Positions 40,950-52,400 of a DNA stretch of 64,000 nucleotides are shown in pieces. This DNA comes from Anaeramoeba ignava BMAN. Its lineage: Eukaryota > Protista > Anaeramoebae. Numbering within the stretch: the first letter of the stretch is position 1; each line of letters starts with the position of its first letter. Both the position numbers and the translations under genes were made by a program. The notes beneath the pieces were generated by a model, which had not been told where the DNA came from, searched no databases, and worked only from the letters and a program-made list of their open reading frames with translations. The DNA lies in the NCBI GenBank assembly GCA_028826165.1, contig JAPDFW010000011.1, positions 434,001 to 498,000 on the forward strand, in the 5' to 3' direction.

Positions 40950-42621
40950 ATGAATTATAATGAATTATTTTTTTTTATATTATTTTTAATCAAACATTTT
41001 TCGCAATATTTTTTCAAATTATTTCTTCGTTTAATATTTTCAGGAAAATTATATCGATATTTCAAAACAAAAAAAATAACAAATCATAACAAAGAAGTGA
41101 ATAAAATTTCAAGACAAATAAGAAAAAACTATGAATTACTAAGCAAAGAGAAAACAGAAAGAAGATTAGTTCTTTATCGGAAAAAAGGATTAGCACATAT
41201 AACAAGGGATGATTCATTCAAAAAAGGATATACCAAAATCAACATTGAAAAACTCAATAAAATTATTTCAATTGATACTAAAAAGAAAATAATGCAAGTT
41301 GAACCAAGAGTTACAATTGAGGATTTATTTGATTTTACTTTCCACTATGGATTGATTCCCAAAATCTCACCCGAATTCAAAGGAATTACTGTTGGAGGTG
41401 CAGTTTTGGGAAATGGACTTGAAAGTTCATCATTCAAATATGGATTATTTGAGAGAATTGTTACTGAAATGGAAATTATTATTGGGAATGGAGATGTTAT
41501 TAAAATCAGCAAGGATAAAAATCCTGATTTGTTTTATGCTTTTCCTGGTAGTCATGGAACTTTGGGAATATTAACCTTATTAACTATTGAATTAACAGAT
41601 GCTCTTCCTTTTGTTGAGTTGAAATATAGGAAATTTAAAGATGTTAAATCTGGTGTGAATTGTTTGAATGATATTATGAAAGAAAATAGTTGTGATTTTC
41701 TTGATGCAATTATGTTTTCTCGTTCTAATTTTATTGTTATTGAAGGACATATGGTTGATGAATTTGGAAATTCAAAAAATTCAAAAATTCAAAAATCAAA
41801 ATTCAAGAAATCCAAAAAATCAAAAGAAAATCAAAACAACATTCTCAATGAGATTTTATTGGCATGAAATTTTCTATCGTCATGTATTTCAGATAACACA
41901 AAATAATCATAATCATAATCCACATGATATTCTTCGGTTAAGAGAATATCTGTTCCGTTATGATCGATATGGATTTTGGGTTGGATATTTAGAATGGTCA
42001 CGAACATTGAAAAAGAGGATTATTTATGGATGGCTTCAATCAAGTACACTTCTTTTCCGAATGAGAACGTTTTGGAAATATCCTGATTTGGAGTTTTCTG
42101 GTTTTGTGCAAGATTATTTGATTCCAATTGATAATAGTGAAAAATTCATTGATTTTGCAGTTGAAAAAATATTTGTATTTCCCATTTGGTTTTGTCCACT
42201 TAATCCAAATACTTCAAATATCCAAGATAAGAAAAGATTGATATTTTCTTTGCATGAAGAAATGATTTTGAAAAGTGATGAGAAAAAAGAATCAGAAAAG
42301 AATGAAAAGAACAATAATCAAAATCCCTTTTTTATTGATATTGGGATTTATGGATGGCCTGATCCAAAAGGTTTTACTGGAAATTATAAATATTATTTTG
42401 ATGATATTAATCGAGAATTTGAGAAAATTACTTTTGAATTAGATGGAAAGAAAGGATTATATAGTGCTAATTATTATTCAAAAGAGTTATTTTGGAAAAT
42501 TTATGATGAAAAAAGATATAATCAACTTCGCAAAGAATTTCAAGCATCAAAGATTTTTCCTGATATTTATGAAAAATTAGGGCATTCAGGATGGAAAAAA
42601 CGAACACAAAAATCCAATTAA
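40950..42621 (+). CDS. Delta24-sterol reductase (DHCR24)-like FAD-binding oxidoreductase, one apparent frameshift
   Basis: Motifs VEPRVT, PEFKGITVGG, GLESSSFKYGLF, DLFYAFPGSHGTLG, YLFRYDR.GFW, VQDYLIP, PIWFCP and FPDIYEK. Two overlapping ORFs switch frame in a low-complexity K/S/N stretch at about 41765-41830. Confidence 0.8.
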
Positions 42622-42689
42622 AATTAAATAAAAGGAAATAATTTTTTTTAAAACGAATTTTTTAAACAAATTTTTTAAACAAATTTATT

Positions 42690-43455
42690 TTTAATTTAAT
42701 TTTTAATTGAATTTTTTATTCCAAATTTTATTCCACTTTTTTTTTAATCTAATTTTTAATCTAATTTTTAATTTAGTTTTTAATTAGTTTTTTGAAATAA
42801 TTTGTTAATTTTTAATTGAATTTTTTATTCCTAATTTTATTCCACTTTTTTTTTTAAACAAATTATTGATTATTTTTAATTTAATTTTTTGAAATAATTT
42901 GTTAATTTTTAATTGAATTTTTTATTCCTAATTTTATTCCACTTTTTTTTTAATCTAATTTTTAATTTAGTTTTTAATTTAATTTTTTGAAATAGTTTGT
43001 TAATTTTTAATTGAATTTTTTAATCCAAATTTTATTCCACTTTTTTTTTTAATCTAATTTTTAAACAAATTGTTGATTAATTTTTAATTTAATTTTTTGA
43101 AATAATTTGTTAATTTTTAATTGAATTTTTTATTCCTAATTTTATTCCACTTTTTTTTTAATCTAATTTTTAAACAAATTATTGATTAGTTTTTAATTAG
43201 TTTTTTGAAATAGTTTGTTAATTTTTAATTGAATTTTTTATTCCTAATTTTATTCCACTTTTTTTTTTAATCTAATTTTTAATTTAGTTTTTAATTTGTT
43301 TTTTGAAATAGTTTGTTAATTTTTAATTTAATTTTTTAATCCTAATTTTATTCCACTTTTTTTTTTAAAACAAATTATTGATTATTTTTAAACAAATTGT
43401 TGATTATTTTTAAACAAATTATTGATTAGTTTTTAATTTATTCTTTATTCCATTT
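42690..43455. repeat. Minisatellite, about 100-110 bp unit (TTTTGAAATA.TTTGTTAATTTTTAATTGAATTTTTTATTCCTAATTTTATTCCACTTTT), about 7 copies
   Basis: TATTCCAC recurs at about 42730, 42838, 42935, 43033, 43143, 43251 and 43349. Confidence 0.85.
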
Positions 43456-43586
43456 TTTTTTTTTTTTGATTTGTTCAAAAAAGATCTTTTTTTACTTTTG
43501 AAATTTTATTTTTTCTTTCCTTTTCCTTTTCCTTTTCTTTTATTTTTATTTTGTTTTTTGTTTTATGTTTCTTTGTTTCTTTTATT

Positions 43587-46500
43587 ATGCAACTTGCGAT
43601 TGAAAAAAATGAAATTGAAAAAATTCGAAAATTACTTGAAAATGGCGAAAATACAAATTCTTTTTCAATTCATGTATTAATTTAAAATTGTGTTTTTTTT
43701 TTTTAATTTAAATTTAATAATAAAAATAAAAAACAACAAAGAAAAAAAAAATTTAAATTTAAATTTAAATAAAATAAAATAATTAAATTAATAAATAAAA
43801 CCTTTTCTAATTTAAATTTTTACAAGACAAAAAAGTGATCTAAAAAAAAATTTAAATTAAAATTAAATTAAACTTTATAACGGAAATTTAAATTTAAATT
43901 AAATTAAAATTGAAATTGAAATTAATTTGAAATTGAAATTAAATTGATTTTTTGATTTGAGTTCTTATTTACATTTTGTTTTAAACTTTGATTATTTCAA
44001 TTTTTAAATCTATAATTTTTTTTTTAAATAAAAAGGGTGGACATTTAACTCCTTTTCATTATGCTTTAAAAAAAAGATCGGATTTAGAAATTATTAAACT
44101 TTTTCTTAAATATGGAGCTGATATTAATCTTGGTGGTGGAGTAATAATAATTTTATAAATAATTTTATAAATAAATTTTGATATAATTTTATAAATAATT
44201 TTTTGCTTGATAAAATTCCACTTTCAGATTGTAATTCATTTTATCATTTAATTTTTTTTCCTTTTTATTCTTTTTTATTCCTTTTTATTTATTCCTTTTA
44301 TTCCGATCGTTATTCTATTTTAGTTTGTAAATTAATAAAAAAAAACAAAGGAAATAATTTTTCCAAAATGAGATAAAATCAGAATTTAGTTTTAAATTTA
44401 AAATGAAATAATTAGCCAAGTTCACCTTTACATATTGCTTGTCAAAATCAACCTTCTCTTGAAGTGATCAAATTTTTAATTGAAAAAGGAGCTAAAATTA
44501 ATTCAAAAGGAGGTGTAATTAATTATTCAATTTTAAGAGCATTTCCTTTTTTAATTTAATTTAATTTAATTTAATTTAATTTAATTTTTAGTTTGTAAGA
44601 TATATAATATTAAATATAATAAATATAATAATAAATATAATAATAAATATAATAATAAATATAATAATAATAAATATAAATATAATATAAATTAAATATA
44701 ATATTAAATATAAATATAAATAATAATAATAAATATAATAATATTAAATATAATATTAAATAAATATAATAAAAAAATTAAATAAAATATAAATATAAAA
44801 ATATAATAATAAATATAAATAATAAATATAATATTAAATATAATAATAAAATAATAATAAATAACAAAATAATAAATATAATTTAAATAATAAAAATAAT
44901 AATAATTAAATATTAAATATATAAAAAAAAAAATACAAAAATAATAATAAAAATAATTAAATATAATAATAAATATAATAATAAAATAATATAATAATAA
45001 AAATATAATAAAAAATAATAAAATAAATTAAAATAAAATAAATATAATATTAAATATAATATTAAAATATAATAAATAAAATAATAAATAAAAAATAAAA
45101 ATAAAACAAATAATAAAAATAAATAATAAAATATAATAATTAAAATAATATTAAATATAATATTAAATATAATATAAATATAATAAATAAATAAAATAAA
45201 TATATAATAATAAATATAATAAATATAATAATAAATATAATATTAAATATAATATAATATAAATAAATATAATAATAAATATAATAATAAAAAATTAAAT
45301 AAATAATAACAAAAATAAATAAATATAATAAATAAAAAATATATAATTAAAAAAATATAATAAATAAAAATAAATAATATTAAAATAAATAAATATATTA
45401 AATATAATAAATATATAATAATAAATATAATATTAATATATTAAATATAATATAAAAATATAATTAAATATAAAATAAAATAAAATATAAAATATAATAT
45501 CAAATAATAATAAATATAAATAAAAATATAATATTAAATATAATATTAAATATATAATAATAAATATAAAAATAAAAATAATTATTAAAACAATATTAAA
45601 TAAAAAATAATAAATATAAAAATATAATAATAAATATATAATAATAAATATAATATTAAATATAATAATAAATATAAATAATAAAATATAATAATAAATA
45701 TAAATAATAAATATATATAAATATAAAAATATAAATATAAATATAATAATAAAATATAATAAATAAATATAATAAAGGTAATATAATAATAAATATAATA
45801 ATAAAATAATTAAATATATATTAAAATATAATAAATATAATAATAATATAATATAAATATAATAATAAATATAAATTATAATATAATAATAAATATAAAC
45901 AAATATAATATAAAAATTAAATAAATAAAATATATTAAATAAAAAAATTAAAATATAAAATAAAATAATAAATATTAAAATAATAAAATATAATAAATAT
46001 AATAATAAATATAAAAAAATAAAAATATAATATAATAAAAATAATAAAATATAAATTAAAAAAAAATATAATATTAAAATAATATAAAATATAATAATAA
46101 ATATAATAAATAATAAATATAATAAATAAATAATAAATATAATATTAAAATAATAAATAATAAATAATAATAAATAAATATAAATATAATAATAAATAAA
46201 TAAATATAATAAATAAATATAAATATAAAATATAAATATAATAATAAAATAATAATAAAATAAAAATAAAAATATTAATAATATATAAATATAATATTAA
46301 ATATAAATAATAAATAGTAATAAATATAATAATTAGGCCTATAATAATAAATATAATAATAAATAAATAAATATATAATAAATTATATAAATTTATAAAT
46401 ATAATAAATTAAATTAAATTAATAATAAATAATAAATATTAATAAAATATAAATAATAAATCTATTTATAAAATCAGAATGTAATTTGCCTTTGTTTTAT

Positions 46501-49371
46501 ATAAAAATTAATTTACATTTTTCTCAATAAATAATTTCATAATAGGAAAAAACACCATTACATAATGCATGCAAAAAAAATGCATCTGCTGAAATTATTC
46601 GATATTTAATTTCGAAAGGAGCAAACACTAATGCACAAGATGTAAATAAATTAATTAATAAATATTGTTTTGGTTGTTTTTGATTTGTCATTTTTTAAAT
46701 CATTTAGACAGTAATAATAAATAGTTGTTCATTCATTCAAAAAATTATGAAAAATGAAATCAAATTTTTTTCCCCCTTTTCCTTTTTTAGGATGTAATTT
46801 AAAGATGAACGATCATCTAGTTTTTTTTATTAAATTTAAAGTTTAAATAGGATGCAACACCTTTGCATTATGCTGCTCAATCAAAAGCTCCTTTGGTTAT
46901 ATTTCAAATATTATTAAAATCTGGAGCAGATCCTAATATTCCAAGAGTAATTTTCATTGATTTGTCTTTTTTCGAAATGAATTTTTCATTTGTTTATTAA
47001 TAAATTTTTTTTTTCCAGAGTGTAAATTGTTTAATTATCTTATTCAAAAAAAAAAGCAAAAATGATCTTTTTATTTATTTTTTTGATCAAAAATCAAAAT
47101 GAAAAGGATGTAAATTTTTCTTTTTCATTATTAAAAAAAGATTATTTGTAATAAAATTAAAACTTATTTTTGTTAAAAAAAAAAAAAGAGGAGAATCCCA
47201 TTATTTTTAGCTTTAAAAAATCAATTAGAACTTCCTATTATTGAAGAACTTTTAAATGCACATTCTGATGTGAATTTTTTAGATGTAAATCAATTTTTAT
47301 CATTTCAAAAAATTAAATTAAATCAACTGAAAATGAAATATATTTTTTTTTTTTGAAAAAATTTTAGAAAGTATTTTCATTTTAATTTTTTGATTTTGAT
47401 TTTGATTTTGATTTGAAAATTTTATTAGAAAGTAAAAAAAAGAAAAATTCCTTTAAAATTTCTTATTTTTCATTATTAATATCCCATTTTTAGAAATATA
47501 CACCTTTTATATTTGCTTTTTCTAGATTATGTGATGAACAAGTTTGTCATCTTCTTCTTTATCATAAAGCAAATCCAAATATTTCTAATGTAAATTTAAA
47601 TTAATTTGATTATTTTTTGAAATGGAAAATTAACAAAATTATAATTCAGAGAGTAAAAAAATTTATTTAATAAAAAATCGGATTTAAATTTTATTCAAAT
47701 TTTCATTTTTAGAAAGTATTAAATCATTTTGATTTTTAAACTGAGTAAAATTGAAAAATTTTTCTGTAAATGATTTAGGGAAGAACTCCTCTTTATTTCG
47801 CAATAAAACAAAAATATTCAACTGAAATTATTCAATCTTTACTTAAATCAAAAGCTGATCCAAATTCTGTTGATGTTTGATTTAATTTTTGTTTTTAAAA
47901 AAGTAAAAGAGGATTTAATTTGGATAATAAATATAAATTAGAACGTAAAAAATTTGATTTAAGAAAATTGAAAATTAAAAATTAAAAATTAAATTTCAAC
48001 AGAATGTAATCTTAGTTTTGATTAAAGTTATTTTGGTTTTTTAATTTATTTAAAATAATAATAATAATAGGGATATACTCCACTTCATAAAGCATGTTTG
48101 AATTCTTCTTCACCAGAAATAGTGCGTATGTTAATAATTGCAGGTTCCAAAATAGATGCTATTGATGTTTGATTTGATTTTTAAGAAATTAAAGAAAATA
48201 ATAAAATTATCATTCTAGAGAGTAAATTTGATGAAAAAGAAAAAAAGGGAATGAAACAAAAATTGTGTTTTTTGTATTAATTGAATTATTTTTAGAAAGT
48301 AATTGAATTATTTTTAAAAGAATTTTGTAAATTATGAAGAAAAAAAAAATATTTACTTTTTTTTGGATTGATAGAAAAATACTCCTTTGCATTTATGTTG
48401 TATTTCAAATCCAAATGAAGAAGTTGTGAGATTACTTCTTGATTCAAATGCTGATTTAAATGCATTAAATGTAAAATGAATAAATGAATGAATATTTTGT
48501 TTTATTGGATTAATTAAAAAAAAAAATGGATAGGAAGTAAAAAATATAATGAATTAAATTTAGAAAATGGGAAATTTAAATCAATTTTTAGGATGTAAAA
48601 ATTAAAAAGGAAAAATATATAATTTCTAGAAAATTAATCTACATTTCAAAAACAAAGAATAAAAAACCGATCCAATTACTTCAAAGATCTGAAACTAATA
48701 TAAAAATGTTAATTGGAACATATGAAACATTTGGGGAAGATTTTGAACAACTTCTTGAAAGACAGAATTTCTTTGATTTCGAAATTGAGGCGAAAGATGG
48801 GAAAATTGGAGTGAATCAAGAATTTGTGAAAGCCAGAATAGGGATTGAAAATTTGAATAAAAAATTGATATGGAAATCTAACACAAAAAAGGAAGTGTTT
48901 GATTTCATGAGGTTTTTGTATTCTGGAAAAATGAGAGAAAAAACGGTTTTGGAGAAAATTAGCGGACAATTACAATTGAAAGAATGGGAAAAAAAGGCAG
49001 GAAAGATTAAACTTGTGGAGGATTTAAGGAAATTATATGAAGATGATATTTCAAAAGATTTTACTATCATTTGTTTTGGACAAGAAATCAAGGTTCATAA
49101 GTTTGTACTTTGTGCAAGAAGTGATCTTTATTATGGAATGTTTACAAGTATTAATGATTCTTCAAATCGTGTTAAAGATTATAGTGGAAAATCACCAGAA
49201 ACTTTTCGTTCTTTGGTTCGTTTTATTTATTTGGATCAAATTCAAGAACCAATTTCTCAAAAAATTTTTCTTGAACTTCAAGATGCTCATGATTATTATC
49301 AACTTAATGAAAATACTAGTTTGAAATATAATTTATTCAAAGTATTTGCAAGAAGTCAAAAATTAAATTGA
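43587..49371 (+). CDS. Ankyrin-repeat + BTB/POZ protein (~576 aa), one ankyrin repeat per exon plus 18 single-codon microexons
   Basis: Main exons 43587-43673, 44036-44140, 44416-44514, 46546-46641, 46851-46946, 47189-47284, 47494-47589, 47779-47874, 48071-48166, 48375-48470 and 48658-49371, all phase 0 GT-AG. Internal exons read xxTPLHxAC...LLxxGADxN. The last exon carries a degenerate BTB and a canonical BTB (KDFTIICFGQEIKVHKFVLCARSDLYYGMF...FRSLVRFIYLD...AHDYYQL). Confidence 0.93.
44228..48594 (+). other. Array of 18 three-nucleotide microexons (AG|NNN|GT), two per ankyrin junction
   Basis: 44228-30 ATT, 44324-26 TTT; 44592-94 TTT, 46478-80 AAT; 46708-10 ACA, 46791-93 GAT; 47019-21 AGT, 47107-09 GAT; 47368-70 AAA, 47429-31 AAA; 47650-52 AGA, 47713-15 AAA; 47942-44 AAC, 48003-05 AAT; 48219-21 AGA, 48296-98 AAA; 48534-36 GAA, 48592-94 GAT. 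All are followed by GTA. Including them restores the ankyrin hairpin spacing. Confidence 0.9.
44600..46460. repeat. Degenerate A/T repeat (AAATATAATAAT-like) expanding one microexon-flanking intron to 1883 nt
   Basis: Directly visible between microexons 44592-94 and 46478-80. Confidence 0.85.
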
Positions 49372-49497
49372 ATTGAAATCTAAAAGAAAATATTTGATTG
49401 ATTTTTGTTTTTTTTTTTTTTTGGAATAAAATTTTTCTTTAATGATTTTTGTTTTTGATAATGATTTTGAAAAGAAAAAAAAAAAAAAGGAAAAAAT

Positions 49498-52400
49498 TCA
49501 TTTAAATTTTGAAATTAATTTTTGAAGTGATTGAGAAAATGTTTTAAATTCAGTTTCTTGAAGAGAACAAGATTTTGCAAGTTCGTTAATATCGGAAAGT
49601 TCTGATTTGAAGAAAGAAATCTCTGAAAGAATGGAAGAAGTAGAATCAGATAAAGAAAGAATATCAAGAAGATCAACACAAGAGCGAAGAATAAGAAGAT
49701 GATGATTTTTTGAGTCAGTATTTGAAAGAACTGGAGGTGAGACAAGGGATTGTAGACTTGATTTCAAGTTCTGGAAAACAAGACTGGAAAGATTAGCGCG
49801 GAGACTCCATGTTTTTGGAGCGTCAATCAAGTTGAGTTTTGAAAGAATGTGTGTAAAAACGGTTTTCATGGAAGAATTTTCTAGCATTTCAAGCTCTGTG
49901 GAGACAGTTTGTATCAGGAAATCAACAAGTGGTGATCTGAGCATTTCGTAAAGAGGAGATTGATATTCTGAAAAGAAGGTTGACTTGTTGGAAATTATTG
50001 TTTTTTGGGGGATATCGTCAACGGCCTGAATTAGGGACGAAAGAAGATCAACAAAAGCGAAGTAGTGGGTGATTGAGGAAGCCTGATGGAGGGTATCCAA
50101 GAGATAGAAAAGAACGAGGGAGAATATCTCGGCTGTTGAGCGAGGCCAATCGGGGGAGTTTGGCTGTGTTCTTGTTGCGATATCAATGGAGGTGTGAGCG
50201 AGAGTTATCAGGAAATGCTGATATTCGGGAAGATAAAGATAGGTGTTTTCCTGTTCAGGAGACATTGAACGGGACTTCTGCTCGTCGCGTTTGGCGAGTT
50301 TTGAGTAATGAAGAGAGAATATTGAGGAGATGATCTTGATTCCCTTCTCGTCGGATTGGACAAGTGAGATCAATGGGTCGAGGAGTGTGAAAATGCTTCC
50401 AAGTGTTTTTTGATCTGGATAATTGATATCGATAATATCAACAACGGATGAAAGTTCCTTGAGAAGAGGCAGTTTGTTTGACCAAAGCGAAAGGATATTG
50501 TGTGGATCGATTTGGAGAAGATTTTCGGGAATGTCGTTTGTGATAGGAACAAACCATGATGTTGTTTTAAGAATTATTTTGATTGCCAAATCAAGGAGCT
50601 CAAAAGAGGATTTTATTTTCGAATCAAGACTTTGTTTGGGTTGAGATTTTGGCTGGGTTTGGTTTTTTGTGTGTCCTTTTTTGAGTCCGTATTCTGCACG
50701 GATAAGTTCTTCAATTTGAGATTTCAAATTTTTGATAACTTCATTAAGAAGAAGATCAGAAACTCTTTTGTGACCGTTTTTTGATTTATCAACTGTAAAG
50801 AGATCAAGTGTTTTTGTGTCGACACAAAGATCCAGCATTCGAAGAGCGTTTTTCGGTGCTGTGAAGAGATAATCCTGTTCGAAATTATCTCTTGATTTTT
50901 TTGGACAAAGAATAAGTTGGATACTATTTTTTTTGAACTCGTATTTGCTTGACATTGCAATGCAGATCTCGAGGATGATGTCGTCGACACCTGAATAAAT
51001 TGGGTCGAGCATGAGATATTTGATTGCCCAGACAAAAGTGGATTGATCATAAAGAGAATCGACAAGAGCGTTGTTGTGTTCGACGCAGAAGCGGAGGATG
51101 CGGAAATAATGTGGAAGAGACGCGCGATTGTAAGTGACATAGCTCTCCTTTTTATTCAAGGAAATAAAATAACGGATGAGATCCTTCATTTTTTCTTGCG
51201 ATTTTGAGATATGATGGATCAGATCTGGCGAATAATCAAAGCATTTCCCAAGAAACATCATCAGATGCTGTTTGTTGAGATCGCAATAAAGATTTTTTGT
51301 GTCGATGTGATTGTATAAATTCCAAATATCTGAGAAATATTCTGAGAACAGATGGATGCATTGCGAACGCGGAATGAATTTTCCAAGAAGATCAAAATAT
51401 TCTGTCAGTTTGAAAAATTTTGCAGGCCAAGGATCGTTATTGCGATAGGATTGATGCTTCTCGATTCGAGAGTATGTCCGAGTGCATAAGCTCGGGAGAA
51501 GAGACATAAGAAACTCAGAGATGGCAATCATCTGCGGCACATCCTCTTCTGTTGGTTCGTCAGGAAGAAGTGAACCGACGAGTCTTCCCGCATATTTTCG
51601 TGTGTCAATCTCGTCATGTTCGACAAGAAACTTATCAATCCATTCTTCCCGATGCACAAGAAGCCATAAACGCGCGCTCTTGTGATCTTTAGCAAGATTT
51701 GTGATATATTGAATAGAGTTGTTGATCTTTAAAACAGATCCCTTTGAATTGAGAATAAAAGAAACTAGAATCCGCATTATTGTTTCTCCTCGAAACTCCG
51801 AAAGCTCGTCTTCCCCGCTGAAAAATGCTCCAAGAACCTGGAAATATCTCTCAATAACCCCGAAGTCGTTGCGTTGAATTGAACGCTTTATGAAGTCTAT
51901 ATATCCTTGAGTTTTTTCGCGTGATCCAAAGCAAAGAAGATAGATGATCTCGCCGACTTTTGTGGGGTTGATTCCTTCCGAAATGAGCATCTTGGCGTAG
52001 TTTGAAAACTGGAAAAAATACTTGTCAATAAGGGTCGTTTCTACGCGTTGTTGCTCTGTTCTGTTTTGAGGCAAGTGAGTTGTTAGATCTGTACCGAGAA
52101 TGGTTGTGTAGATTACATCCACAATTTTCTCTCCAATTTCGCTTGTTTTTGTCTTCATTTGGGCTTCGTGGTAAACATCTTGGCTGATTTCTTCCCCTTT
52201 CAAAGGTGAATGTGCGTCTAGATGAAGATTTACTAATTTCGCAAGTCCCATTCGATAGATGAAATACTGCTGCAACGGTGGTGCTATTCCAATCAAAGCT
52301 TGGAGTGTCTCGAGTAATCGATTCCCGTTTTTTAAATCCTTCTGAAAAATAGTCATTTCGCGCATGAAATACTCCAGAAATATCAGCGCACTTGAGTCTG

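Noticed and set aside
42690-43455. CRISPR-like array
   Set aside because: The context is eukaryotic, there are no unique spacers and no cas genes; it is a degenerate minisatellite.
43827-43834. Candidate microexon AG|ACAAAAAA|GT in ankyrin intron 1
   Set aside because: It is 8 nt and would shift the frame unless the A-run is mis-sized, the donor GTGATC is atypical, and the junction reads acceptably without it. Left unresolved.
48321-48326. Extra AG|AATTTT|GTAA (6 nt), and AG|ATTATTT|GTAA at 47141-47147 (7 nt), as alternative microexons
   Set aside because: They would leave 22-31 nt introns next to the real microexons, and the 7-nt one breaks the frame. Likely chance, though the 6-nt unit could be tested as an alternative.
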